Shown: positions 13,899 to 28,061 of the stretch, piece after piece | How positions within the stretch are numbered: position 1 is the first letter of the stretch | Layout of the letters: each line of letters begins with the position of its first letter | NCBI GenBank assembly: GCA_964016885.1 | Contig: OZ024756.1 | Span: 32,860,001 to 32,924,000, forward strand | Direction of reading: 5' to 3' | DNA length: 64,000 nucleotides | Source: Eledone cirrhosa | Taxonomy: Eukaryota | The notes under the pieces: model-generated | The model's input: only the letters and a program-made list of their open reading frames with translations | Databases searched by the model: none | What the model was told of the DNA's origin: nothing | Position numbers and translations under genes: made by a program

Positions 13899-15080
13899 AG
13901 TGTGTGTGAATAGGAATTTGGAATTCATGCATATGCATATACACAACTGTGAACATAAGCATACACACACACACTTCTGGTCAACTCCCAAACACCCATA
14001 CAGCTTCCGTCCACCGGATCAATCTCTGATCACCCGGCTAGGCAGCGGTCATGCTCTGATTGCCTGGCAAACCTCGGAAAAGTAGGCTTAGTACCACGAG
14101 TTTACACTTTATAAATTGCCCTTTTGGACACTATTGATTTCATTGTCTGAAATTAACGTAATCCACTATGTTGAAGCATTTTGATGATGACCCATTTGTC
14201 AGCATTTCATGAAGTTTTCCTTCTATGAATACTTGAGGCCATGAAAACAATCATGGAAACTGTATTTCCTCCAAAAATACTTGCGTGGCATTAAAACGTC
14301 GATGGCAAGGGTCTACTTACCCAGATTCTTGGGGGTTCTTTAAATATCCATAAGCTTGATTTCAATTTTGGGTTGTCCTGAAAAGAGTCGTGCTGTTTTG
14401 ACTTGACTTAAGCAGAGTAGCTAAGAAAATGTACCCCTATTTAAATGTCAAGCCTTTAAGATGGTGCTGGACATTACACGATTAGCGGCCGGTTTGGAAG
14501 AACAGAAATATTGCCGTGGGCATTGCCATTATTTCCAGTCTGACAATATTTCTCGTTGCCTCTTTACCTTCCATCTGTCTTTGAGGCTTCGAGATCATCA
14601 GAAGAACTACCACATTTTCAAATAACTTATTAGCCTCTGATGATGACCATCAACTGTACATAAAATTCTAGCACGCTTGATTACACGTGAAGATGACCAT
14701 AAGTACTATCTCTTCCTTATCTAAGGAATTAACTAATTCAAGAGATTCAGCAATAATGATGTCGTTGTAATATTTACTTAACATACAGACGTAACTATGA
14801 TTTAGTTGAAACTTCCAGCGGCCATTTTCTAAGAGTCATTGTTTTCCTAACACAAAGAAAGAATGGTGCTAAATTGGTAATTATGAATGTTTTACTGTCT
14901 TTATTGGCGTCGTCATCAGAATCTTACCTCGCCTTTCATCTACATCACCTCATTGTTTAGTGTTGTGGTGTGTTTATATAAAAATAAATAATAGCAGAGA
15001 ATAATCTATTTATCTTTTTTGTTTGTGTATATATATGTATATGTATATATATATATTTATATATATATATATATATAAAT

Positions 15081-15132
<52 letters not shown>

Positions 15133-15173
15133 CATTATATATATATACATATATAACATATATATTATACATT

Positions 15174-15304
15174 AGTTACGTCCCTTTACGATCTGAGTTC
15201 AAATCCCGCCGAGGTTGACTTTGCCTTTCATCCTTACGGGGTCGATAAAATAAAGTACCAGTAATACACTGGTTAATTTCTGGCCTTGTGCCTAATGTAG
15301 AAAC

Positions 15305-15310
<6 letters not shown>
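15174..15310 (+). mobile_element. 5'-truncated SINE family A in (TA)n
   Basis: Begins at agttacgtccc and lacks the A-box. Confidence 0.9.
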
Positions 15311-15370
<60 letters not shown>

Positions 15371-15375
15371 AAATT

Positions 15376-15438
<63 letters not shown>

Positions 15439-15439
15439 T

Positions 15440-15514
<75 letters not shown>

Positions 15515-15575
15515 TATATATATATTGTACATTATATATATATATATATATATAATATATATATATATATTATAC

Positions 15576-15626
<51 letters not shown>

Positions 15627-15629
15627 CAT

Positions 15630-15660
<31 letters not shown>

Positions 15661-15752
15661 TATATATATTATACATTATATATATATATATATATATATA
15701 TTATACATTATATATATATATATATTATATTATACATTATATTATATTATAC

Positions 15753-15795
<43 letters not shown>

Positions 15796-15889
15796 GTATA
15801 TATATATTATACATTATATTATTTATATGTATATATATATTATACATTATATTATTTATATATATATATATATTATGCATTATATATAC

Positions 15890-15921
<32 letters not shown>

Positions 15922-16005
15922 ATATATATAGACGTAGGTGTGTAGAAGTGCGATTTGTGTAGGTCTATCTATATCTATAAACACATCTCACTGTCTCTCT
16001 CTCTT

Positions 16006-16100
<95 letters not shown>

Positions 16101-16516
16101 GTGTGTGTGTGTGTGTGTGTTTATCTATGTGTGTGTGTTTGTACAGAATTCCGAAATAAAACAATGAATATTCAAGGTTCGGAAGCGAAAGATATTTGTT
16201 TACAATAGCATTCACGTCAACAAAATATTATACATACAATCTATAGAAACTACAGACATAATGGCTACCTTACAATAACGTCCGACACATTAAATTCTAT
16301 CTTGTTTTAAGATTTCAAACGTTGATATCATACAGACATTTCTAATAAAAATAAATATTTTCACAATTCTTGTAAAGCAGCCACACCATTCCTTAACTTT
16401 GTTGTTTTTCCTAACGTATTTAATTTGATAAAATAATGTTGCTTTTATGTAAAAATAGGACAACATATTTTCATTTTTTTTTTAATAAAATAAGATGTTA
16501 TTATATCTCTCTCTCC

Positions 16517-16554
<38 letters not shown>

Positions 16555-16572
16555 AATAATAATATTATAATA

Positions 16573-16653
<81 letters not shown>

Positions 16654-16654
16654 A

Positions 16655-16694
<40 letters not shown>

Positions 16695-17770
16695 TGGGTA
16701 GCTGTATTGGGTTACGAGGTGAGATCGTTATGTGAAAACGTTTGTTTATTGAAGTCTAATGTGGTTAGTACATTTAAGCAATGGAGACCATTTGGCACGG
16801 CACTCTGTGGAGGTATTTTCGGTGAGGCAATTCTTTTGATATTTCTGGGCTTTGGAAGTGAATAATTTATTTTTGTGGTTATCCTCCGTTTCCCTCTGCA
16901 ACATGCCGCCGAAAAATTACTTCATATTTCATTTGCGCTTTGCTTAATCTTAAAATCAAAGGATTATTTTGTTTATAGCCAGCCCTTAAGAACATTGTCT
17001 GTTTCCATCATTCTCTTTCTCTCTCTCTATCACTCACTCACTCACTCCCTCTCTCTCACTCACTCACTCACTCCCTCTCACTCTCTCTCACTCTCTCTCA
17101 CTCTCACTCTCTCTCGCTCTCTCACACGTTCAATCTGTCTCTGTCTGATTGGATGTCTGTCTGCCTATTCGTTCGATTCCCCCCTCCTCTCTCTCTCTTT
17201 CTAATCTAGTTGAGTCAAATTGGAAATATAAAAGACATGACAATCAGTAAAATTTCAATCTCACCCTCCAACTAGTGTCACTGAACTATGACTATGCTGG
17301 ACCACAGTCTTCAAAATTCTCCATCGATCATGTCAAGTTCGATACACATTTCAATCCTCTTCTCATTTTGTCACTCTCTTTCCATAAAATTATTTAGTTA
17401 ATTATTTCTAAAGGCGAGTAATATGTAAAATAAACATAAACACTGTAAACATAAACACTGACATAGACAGACATACTCATACTCACGCAGAAATAGTCTC
17501 CTCGTTTGGCCCCATCTAACTATCACCTGTTCCCCAACACTCTTGGCTGTTAACCAGTATTGCAGTAATGATGGTGTTATATCTGTTCTGGTGACTTTGT
17601 TTACCTACAAAATGAACGAAAACCACGAATGGGAATTTGATTAATGGCGGCATGTATCATCCTTGAACAAAATACTTTATTTCGTGTTACCTAAGTGTAA
17701 TCAGTTGAGAAAAAAAACCCTTGTAATTCAAAGGACCACCCTTGTTACGAATTACACTCTCACGATGGTG

Positions 17771-17883
17771 AGCTAGCCAGCTTACACCTGCAGCTAGCCA
17801 GCTCAGCGCCTATGGGGTAAGTAGGGAGGTAGCCCTACGGCCAAGGACACCAGCAGTCTCCAAGGACACCAGCAGTCTCCATT
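17771..17883 (-). mobile_element. Short duplicate of the CRE-like LINE fragment
   Basis: Near-identical to ~18388-18467, with an internal 20-bp tandem duplication. Confidence 0.75.
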
Positions 17884-18017
17884 AACAACTTTCAAGATGT
17901 ACCTAGAATGTTTTCTGTGGAATACCTACTGACTTTCCTTTTAAATTCTTCATCTAACTGTTCCATTGATCGCATCAATTGGAACACTCTTTTGTATCTA
18001 ATGGAGGTCCAACCTTT

Positions 18018-18086
<69 letters not shown>

Positions 18087-18110
18087 ATGGTATTATTATT
18101 AGTAGTAGTA
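18018..18110. repeat. (GTA)n microsatellite
   Basis: Read directly. Confidence 0.95.
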
Positions 18111-18124
18111 GGAGGAGGAGGAGG

Positions 18125-18494
18125 TGTAACATGTAGGTTTCAAACTATAAATAGGTATTCACAATGTTTGTCACAAGTATGAATATACACACTTGACAGG
18201 TGCAATGTGTCCGAACACGGAAGAGACGAACTCCCACTGTTATCGTCCCCATCTCTCTATATATTGAGCAAATGGGGTTCCGCGTGCTGGCCGCCCCACA
18301 GCCCCGGCAGACAGAATGGAGAACGCCTTTCACCGCAGGATGGTAAGGGAGATGCGCTGGAAGAGCCATTCCATCTCGTGAGGCTCACACCTGCAGCTAG
18401 CCAGCTCAGCGCCTATGGGGGTAAGTAGGGAGGTAGCCCTATGGCCAAGGACACCAGCAGTCTCCATTGCCAAGGGCACGACCGGTACTTGGAC
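18125..18494 (-). mobile_element. 3' end of a CRE-like (RLE-type) non-LTR retrotransposon
   Basis: Translation VPLAMETAGVLGHRATSLL..IGAELA..EMEWLFQRISLTILR resembles the C-terminal RLE motif (P+A+ET.G.+G ... LFQR+S+A+QRGNA) of CRE-clade elements. Confidence 0.7.
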
Positions 18495-20277
18495 AGAGTA
18501 GTAGTAGAAATAGTGGTAGTAACAAGTCATTGAACAGCGTGGGATAATCTAGTGCATCTTTCTCGATTGACTCGATTGTTTTTTCTAATAATTGGCAAAT
18601 TGGTCGCCCGAAACGACGGGGGTCCAACACTCATTTTTAGCATATAATCGTCGCCATTCTATCTTCAAATGACATTAATTTTTCACTGTGACAGCTGACT
18701 AACCATTTTTCATGCATGATTGGCGATTTCTATGGGAATTGATCAAAACCTAATTCAAACTTAAAATAGAAAATATTAATAATGAATAAATAAATATATT
18801 AAATAAACACAATAAAAAAAACATCAAAAATATACAAAACACGATAAATTATGAACCGAATTTTTTGACATTTCATTTCCCTGTTTCAATTCAGTTCTCT
18901 TTGTACAAGATATTAATTAAAATTCTCCATGCACACAATTTAATGAGACTTATAAGACAAGCAATTTTATTGGTAGATTTTAATCTAGCACTCAGTTTAA
19001 TATCCTCCATTGCACTGTAACTTTCCTCACATAAACACACCCGAAACCACTGAGAGCTGTCAGTGGCAAGAGAATTATAATTAGTGTCATTGGTTGACAA
19101 TTGTACCTGCGTGTCCTGTTTAACACCACCACCTGCTCCTGTATATCTGTTGGAGAATCCGTTATTTGTACTGATGCATTCGGGTAACGTTTCCGGCCTG
19201 AGAAAAATATTATCCCTATCTAGTTTCCTTCTTCTCATAAGCCTCGAAGCAATCGAGAATATTATAAGGTGGGAAGACGTATAGATTAAATGCTTTGTCT
19301 CGCAGATGCTATACGACACTTGGCTTAAAAACACCACCTGTTCCTTGGCTATGTTTAGCACAGTCATACCAGTTTACAACCATATTAGTCAGGTCAGTAT
19401 TTCATTTTGAAACACAGATAAAAGCCTCAGGGACTGTCCACCCCTCCCCGTTGTTAGGAGGAAGGAACAGCCTGCTTATGAATTTAACGTGTTTAAAGCT
19501 GGGTATTTTAAAAACACGTGTAGCCTTCACATAATTCTCTGGGAGATTTAGCCTGAGATTTTGTGAGGTGGCTACCCCTTTGAATTGCTGGTAAGGCACA
19601 TTCTACGAGCTTCCAAATAGTTTCCTTTTACTTTTACCCTATTTCACACATAAAACATACCTGATGTCGATGTTATGTTAAGTGAATCTAGCCCAAGATG
19701 CCATGCAGTGGGATGAAACATGGGTTATAATTGTATAGCATAATGACAAAAGAACCGAAAGAAAGATGAGAAATATGTGACGATGATGATTTAGATAGGG
19801 TAACTCTTTCAGAACGTTCTAGAAATTATAACACTAACCAGAACGTATTGGAGAGGTGTTGTTGTAGTTGTTGAGAAATAAGAATTGGTTTTCGAATAGC
19901 TTTTATCATTCACGAAAACATCCAAGCAGACCCAATTTTAAGTCGAACATGCATGCCATTTCCAACACGCTATTTAAAAGCCGAGTTCAGATTTAATTCT
20001 TCAATTGTGCTTTATAGAGAGTGTTCTATAAATATTTTTCCTATTAAATTGCAAGAAATCGCTATTCGTTACCGTAAAAGCTAATTGAATGTGTTTCACT
20101 GCGGTTCACGTTATTTATTGTAAAATATAATCTATCCCATGAAGTAACTACCCTTACACCTATAGCTTCCTTGCGAGAAGAAAGTAGAAATAAAAGGGGA
20201 GAAAGAGAGAGATAGAGAAGAAGCAAATAGACGAAACAACTAGGGAACTAATACAGAAGAAATTTAGATGAATAAAG

Positions 20278-20347
<70 letters not shown>

Positions 20348-21444
20348 AAGGAAAGGGGGGTTCATCCAGAAAAAATAGAAGCTTACTAGATAATGACTGA
20401 GAGAGAACTGAAGATAAAGACAGAGGAAAAGAGGGAGGAAGAAAGTAAGAGAGATGAGAGAAACCGGATAGAGAGAATGTCAAAGAGGAAATAGAGAAGT
20501 TATAAAGAACTAGAACATCAGGGAGACAGGAGTTTTAATTAAAGAAAGACAAATATATATAAGAGGAAGAAGTTGGTGGGGGGGGGGGGGCAAGGAGAAA
20601 CAGATAGTGAGAGAGAAAGTGGGAAAAAATTGTGTATATATAGAGACAGATAGTGAGAGAGTGACAGAGAGAAATACATGGGAAAAGAAGGGAGAGAGAG
20701 AAGTGAGAGAAGGTGAAGTATTGATAGGAAAAAAAGAGGAAAGAAGAGTTGAGTCAAAGATAAATAGATTGTGTGAGAGAGATTTGAGACGTCAGAGAGA
20801 AAGATTTAATGAGTTGGAGAGAGAAAAGTGGAAAGAAAATGAGAATGAGTTAGTGAGAGAGATTTAGAAATGTTGAGAATGAGAGAAGGGACAGAATCAT
20901 GAAATGAGATAGTGAGAGAGAGATGTGGAGGGAGAGAGAAAAGGGAGGAAACAGAAAGAGACAGTGGATGAGAGAAATGGGAATCGGAGGGAATGAAAGG
21001 GATAGAGATTAAGAGAAAGAGCAGTTAGAGAGGGAAATATGCATAGCATTTCCTGGATCTTCAACTAAAGTGCTATTTCAATGAAAATTCAATATAATGT
21101 ATAGTGGAAAACAAGTCCGTAACAGGTTAGTTTCGCTCTGGCGTGACACCAACTCTAAATTCTATATTTGCTGTTCGTGTAAAACCCTTTAATCTTACTC
21201 TAGCTCAAACGTTTCACCGGATCTAACAAATGAAGTATGGGTATGAAAACCGACAGAATTTATTTATTAACTAAACGATCCTTATCATGATCATCGTCAT
21301 CAACTTCATCATCATCATCATTAGGTACCATAGGTAGGAAGTCATCGATACCGTAGTTAATATCGAAGTGGAGTGGCGATTAGGTGGATGACATATATAT
21401 ATATACATACATATTATATATATATATATATTTATATATTTATA

Positions 21445-21504
<60 letters not shown>

Positions 21505-21509
<5 letters not shown>

Positions 21510-21594
21510 CGTCTATTTCTGAACTCAGATAGCCGTCGAAACATCCAGAAATAGTCGTCAAAACGGCTTGAGCTCTGCCGTCGGGGTCATACCT

Positions 21595-21600
<6 letters not shown>
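21505..21600 (+). mobile_element. Family-F PLE remnant (3' half HHR)
   Basis: tccagaaatagtcgtc-aaaacggc-ttgagctct-gccgtc-ggggtc within TA tracts. Confidence 0.6.
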
Positions 21601-21633
<33 letters not shown>

Positions 21634-21782
21634 TATCGATTTATATAATATATAAAAAGTTCTATTTAAATTGTTGGGATACAACAAGCAAATATTTTTA
21701 TAAATGATATAAAGCACTCAACAAATATTTGGAGTAAAAATACGATATTAACCAATGGAAACTATATTTATAAAACCATATT

Positions 21783-21847
21783 TATTTCATTATACATATT
21801 TCAAGGACACCAAGTTAAATTATGGTGTGCTTTCATCAGATAAAATA
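21783..21847 (-). ncRNA. Type-I hammerhead ribozyme motif (family B)
   Basis: tattttat-CTGATGA-aagcacacca(..)tggtgtcctt-GAAA-TATGTA-TA|atgaaata. Confidence 0.8.
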
Positions 21848-22053
21848 TAATATAGATAATATAATATATATGCCAGCTGAAGTTTGCTAGCGTATGTCTC
21901 CCGATTTGGTGGTTGTTGCAGCCCGATGGGTGGTTATCATCTGGTTGGCAGAATTGAGAGAATGAGCACGATCTGTTTTAGCAGGAATCATGAGTGCTGG
22001 CTGACGTTAGAGAATGTTAGAGGACTGATGGGAGCAATAGCTCTATTATTCAC

Positions 22054-22108
<55 letters not shown>

Positions 22109-22130
22109 GTAATAAACAACATAAGATAAT

Positions 22131-22193
22131 TATTTCATTTACCAGTGGTTTCTTGAAAGCAAACAAATCTGCTTTCAGTCATCAGAATGAAAA
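22131..22193 (-). ncRNA. Type-I hammerhead ribozyme motif (family C)
   Basis: tttcatt-CTGATGA-ctgaaagcaga..tttgctttcaa-GAAA-CCACTGG-TA|aatgaaa. Confidence 0.8.
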
Positions 22194-22282
22194 TATCCTG
22201 GTGTTTTTATTGAATGTGGAATTGAAAACAAAAATATAAGGATATTTAGTTTTCGATTCCACATTCAATAAAAACACCAGGA

Positions 22283-22348
22283 TTTTTTCATTCTGATGAC
22301 TGAAAGCAGATTTGTTTGTTTTCAAGAAACCACTGGTAAATGAAATAA
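22283..22348 (+). ncRNA. Type-I hammerhead ribozyme motif (family C)
   Basis: CTGATGA 22293-22299, GAAA 22326-22329, predicted cleavage after GUA at 22338; stem I tttcatt/aatgaaa. Confidence 0.8.
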
Positions 22349-22808
22349 TTATCTTATGGTTTTTATTAGATAACTATTAAGCTCTGTAACCAACATAGAG
22401 CACTCTTTTCTCCTGGACCTTTCCGACGGAATTACTTCATTTATATATATATATATTAGCATATGTGTGTGAGTTTATATGAATATAAATATGTTAAGAA
22501 GTATAAAAAAAACCCAATACTGTGAATTTTGGAATTCCACATGAATACATATTCTCTCTCTCACTCACTCACTCACTCTAACACACACATATTGATATAT
22601 TTACAAATATGCGACTTTGAAAGCTTAGCAGCAACACAAACATCATCATTAATAACGAGATCTATAACGAGGTGGAACAGGACAAACAAATAGACACCAT
22701 ATGATATATCTATCTCTATATATATGTATATATACATCTATACGTGTGTGTGTATATTTAGTAACATTTTTATACATACAGATGTATATCAATGCTAGCA
22801 AATATATA

Positions 22809-22890
<82 letters not shown>

Positions 22891-22929
22891 TATATATATT
22901 ATATATATATATATATTTATATATATATT

Positions 22930-23001
<72 letters not shown>

Positions 23002-23118
23002 CACAAATTACTACACTCCCGAAAAACCGTCGATAGTCATCAAATCGGTTCACTGTCAGTGCCACCTTCAATTACCCTAAAAGTCTATCAAAATGTTTAT
23101 ATATAACCTATTCACATA

Positions 23119-23171
<53 letters not shown>

Positions 23172-23189
23172 ATATATATATATATATTT

Positions 23190-24200
23190 TGAGTATATGT
23201 TGGTTGTTTACCGACACCTCAGTATGTAGATTGGAGCACTCGACGAAGTATGTGGGTTGGTTTGTTTACTCCGGAGTAATGTAAAATAATTAAGTCAAAT
23301 ATGTAAAATTTGGCTTCGTTTATTATAAATTATAGATATACTGCTATATATATTTCGGTGACAGCCATCATTGGCTGTGACGTCTTCAGGCAGTCCGAAT
23401 TGGTGGGGTAGAGAAGCTACACATGTTGTTGAAGTGTGTTTTACTCTGTCAATACTCCGATATCTCCAGCTCCTGGTTGCGTTGTTATTTCACGGAGGAA
23501 CTGGAATCATATGAATTAGAACAAACAAATATCGGCGTCATAGGAGACTCTCTCATCCCATTGGTCAGTTGTGAGAACATTCCTCAATCAAAGGTCTATA
23601 GAAATGTTTCTGAGGCAAGACAATCTGTTGTAAATGTTTTTGTTTATGTACAGCTGACCTCTTCCATTGTGTTGGTAGTGGTGTTAAGATGTCAGCTTTG
23701 GTTTGCTTCTGCTATGTTCAGAAGAATGTGTGTGTGGGGGTTGGCATCTATCCTGGCACCATTTTACGTGGTGGTGTGTGCCAAACAAATAAAAAAAAAT
23801 AAAATGCGTGTGTGTTATAACCAATATCAAAATTTGAAAGATTTGGAAAGTATATAATATGTATATATGTATGGTATACAATGATGTTGACTAGTTCTCT
23901 TTTTGGTAAATATCATCTTGGTTAAGAGAGTGGGGCTGGCTTTGTGCAGTGCCTTTGCTCACTATAAAAGCGTCACAGCACAGGCATTGCTTTATATCTG
24001 GAGATCTCTCTGCATTTGTCGTCACATGGTACCATGGGCCCAGCACTATGTGTCAATAATTGTCACAAGTGTAGTGTTTGAACCAGAGTTTTCAAGTTGC
24101 TGGCTGGACTAAAAAGTCACACTCGTTCAGCGCATCGTTAGGGGTTCTCCTACATGGATATAAAGTAGTGGCCGTACTCGAAAACCAGTTGGCAGCCACC
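23190..24200 (-). mobile_element. Decayed PLE 3' region
   Basis: Unique sequence between simple repeats ending in an HHR; a weak ..QPHSLNQD motif near 23930 recalls GIY-YIG C-termini. Boundaries uncertain. Confidence 0.4.
23340..23394 (-). ncRNA. Type-I hammerhead ribozyme motif
   Basis: actgc-CTGAAGA-cgtcacagcca(atga)tggctgtcacc-GAAA-TATATA-TA|gcagt. Confidence 0.8.
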
Positions 24201-24483
24201 ATGTTGTATGGATGTATGTATTTATGTATGTATGTATGTATGTATGTGTACGTGTGTGAATGTATAGTTGCTTATTAAAACGTCGATGCCTCCAATGATG
24301 TGTGAGTATATATACATACGTGTGTCTCTATGTGTTAAATTTGAGTAGGATTTAGTTTCTTAGGAAAGTGATAAGAAACAAAACTCAAATGACTACGTAA
24401 CCAAATTGTGTGCTTTGAACATTTTCAGACAGATTTTACTCCAATATTTTGTATGTTCCACCTTAACAAAAGGTGACACCCCC

Positions 24484-24558
<75 letters not shown>

Positions 24559-26187
24559 GTGCACACCCGCATATTTATACATACACTTACATACACGCAG
24601 TCTTAATCTTACTTTCACTCTCTGTGTCCCTTTCAAACACACATACACACATACGTATCTAAGTATATTTATATTTATTATATTCTGACGCCAATAGTTT
24701 CATCTATATTGCTTATTTCTCTGCTGACGTTTGCTTTATTTATTATTATATCTTACCTCGCAAAAGATATATGTTTGATCCTTACCTACTTTCAAGTCTT
24801 CATATAAATTTGAAATAAAACATGCTTTCAGTCTTAGGAATTTCTGGTCAAACTCATTCTTAACATTTAAGCATCTAAAATGCTATCAACTATACGGATA
24901 ACGATACACGTATATCATATATATATTTGATTGTGTCTGCTGGAATCAAGAGGTGTCTATAAACCATTTATTTCATGAAGCGTGTGATGTGAATGCGCGT
25001 GGTTAAGTGTCTAGTATATCCGGCTTATGATCAGGATTGTGCATTGCCTTTTATATTTCTTTTTTCCTTAATTATTGTTTATTGCTTCTTGGCCTCCCAG
25101 AAGGTTTTGTCGAATATATCTGAGGATCAAATGACATTTCATATACATTTCAAAGGTTGCTAGTCATAAAATATGATATTCAATGATCCTTGGTGGCAAA
25201 ATACAAGATTTCACTTTGTCTCTTGCACATATATATACAAGAACACTTACACAAACACACACACACACTCTCACACACAAACACTCACGCATACACAAAC
25301 ACATACACACACAATACACACACACGCACACACATACACACATACACACATACACACACACACAAACACAAACACAAACACACGCAGTGAAGTACCGAAA
25401 TTGATTTTCGAGTCATCTCCGAGAAACTGCTCAATATAAGGTTTTGATAATATATATGTAATAATATATTTTTAATAATGTATTTAATAATATATTTTTG
25501 ATAATGATTTGATTCAATATATTTGTTAATGTATATTTGAATGAATGCTCTTTCCTTTAATATTATATATTATTAAATGCCATGTCTACTCTATTGTTTA
25601 TGTGAAAATAAACATTTACAGAAAGGATATGGCACAAATCAGTATAAAGCTATTTGAACCCCATCGTTACCATATTTCCCAGGAAAAACATTGCTAATGA
25701 TTTTCAAATCATTTTAGAGGTATTTAATAATAATATATATATACTCTTACATTATTAAGATGTTGTTTTGAGTATAACTTCACAGAAGATACATAAAAAA
25801 TGTCGGAATGTTTTAAGATAAATATAGAAAGGAAACGAGTGAATAAATGAAGTATTCTTTCTCCTGTTGTTTATATTGTCAATGCTATCTGCCAGTTGCC
25901 ATTCCTGGCAGAAGGGTTCGGAATCTAAATTCAGATCACAATTAATACTTCCGTGGTGCCACTGTTCTGACCCGGTATTTCGTTTTTACGGATCCCGAAA
26001 TAAGTGAAAAGCCTAGTTGTCCTGTTACATAAACTGTGATACATACGATTTTTAACCGTAGAGCCAGCGTAGATTTCAGGGGGTTTCATACCAATATTGT
26101 TATACCCAAGCCAGTAAAGAATGTAGGCCACGATACGCTACCTCAGAAATAATGAAAATGAGGTAAATTCTTTACCTATAATTCATT

Positions 26188-26357
26188 TACTATTGGCACA
26201 CGGCCAGCAATTATACAGTGCATTACTGGTACTTTATTTTATCGACTCCGTAAGGATGAAAAGCAAAGTTAACCTCGGCGGGATTTGAACTCAGACTGTA
26301 AAGGGACGTAACTATGCTAGAAAGCATGGCGTCCAGCCCTCTATCGATACTGCCAAT
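26188..26357 (-). mobile_element. SINE family A
   Basis: Reverse-complement match to the family. Confidence 0.9.
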
Positions 26358-26558
26358 AATATTGCATTCTAATTTAATCATAAGCTCACAGTCTCTATAT
26401 CGTGTAACGTCAAGTGAATAAGTTCTTGGATTAATATAATCTACTAGCTGAGGTAGACATTCTACCAAAACTCTAGTCTAATGTCTGAAAATATACATGT
26501 CGTGAAAGAATAGAAAACACATTAATTTCACATAAATCTTATGATATATATGCATATA

Positions 26559-26602
<44 letters not shown>

Positions 26603-26621
26603 CATACACATACTTATATAC

Positions 26622-26661
<40 letters not shown>

Positions 26662-26665
26662 GCAT

Positions 26666-26756
<91 letters not shown>

Positions 26757-27075
26757 TATATATATATTATATATGTATACACACTTATATATATATATTA
26801 TATCATAATGCTAAGTTTTCCTCATGTCAATACAAATTATGATAGCTGAACTACTTCTGCTAGAATTGGCGTTCTAGGAATAACGTTTATACCTTATTGT
26901 GTTCAGGATTCTAATCTTTACTATCGAAGCAAAGTTATAATTATAAAAGGCAGGTCGTACAGGAGATATTTTTGCTTGGCAAATTTATGTTGGCAGGTGA
27001 CAAGGAATCCTCCAGGTTTTTCATTTCTTCTCGTGTGTTATAATATACGTGAGCAGTTATTTCACTTATACTATG

Positions 27076-27134
<59 letters not shown>

Positions 27135-27343
27135 GTGTGTGTGTATGTGTATATTGGTAGTTAGTTATAAGTGGTTTAAATGTTGCTGATTCTGAAATAT
27201 TTAGATATAAAGTAGTTCGAAAGAAAGTTATAGAAGCCAGAAATATGAAATGTATGTGTATAATCCTTACTAATGGGTAGCCGCTTGTGTAAAATACGCA
27301 CACCCAACATATGCATACGCACACACACACATACATATATATA

Positions 27344-27440
<97 letters not shown>

Positions 27441-27467
27441 ATTATGTAATAAACAACATAAGGCAAT

Positions 27468-27531
27468 TATTCCATTTACCAGTGGTTTCTTAAAAGCAAA
27501 AGGTTTTGCTTTCAATCCTCAGAATGAAAAA
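27468..27531 (-). ncRNA. Type-I hammerhead ribozyme motif (family C)
   Basis: tttcatt-CTGAGGA-ttgaaagcaaaa(cc)ttttgcttttaa-GAAA-CCACTGG-TA|aatggaa. Confidence 0.8.
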
Positions 27532-27736
27532 TCCTGGTTTGTTTATTGAATATGGATTCTAAAAACGAAAATGCAATCTATATGAAAGTGAGGCTGGAAA
27601 AGGGAGAAGGAAAGGAAAAATAAAATAAAATAAAACTACACATGCAAACACACACAAAAAACCCCAAAAGCATACTTACACACACACACATATATACACA
27701 TATAATTTGCACGCATACACATATACACATACACAT

Positions 27737-27779
<43 letters not shown>

Positions 27780-27886
27780 CACATACATACACATATATAT
27801 ATATATAAATAAAGAGCGTACACCTACACACACATACACATATATATACACACATATACACATACATATATTCATACATACACACG

Positions 27887-27924
<38 letters not shown>

Positions 27925-27946
27925 TATATATACACATGTACATATC

Positions 27947-27990
<44 letters not shown>

Positions 27991-28013
27991 CATATACACA
28001 CATATACACATAT

Positions 28014-28061
<48 letters not shown>

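Larger units (their letters stand above)
22105..22441 (+). mobile_element. Fold-back PLE remnant (inverted pLTR pair, family C)
   Basis: ~125-bp inverted arms centred near 22238, one HHR per arm, extra tail on the right, TA flanks. Confidence 0.8.

Noticed and set aside
19402-19599. 65-aa ORF (..LRLNLPENYVKATRV..)
   Set aside because: Overlaps a decayed SINE body also seen near 6010 and 54340.
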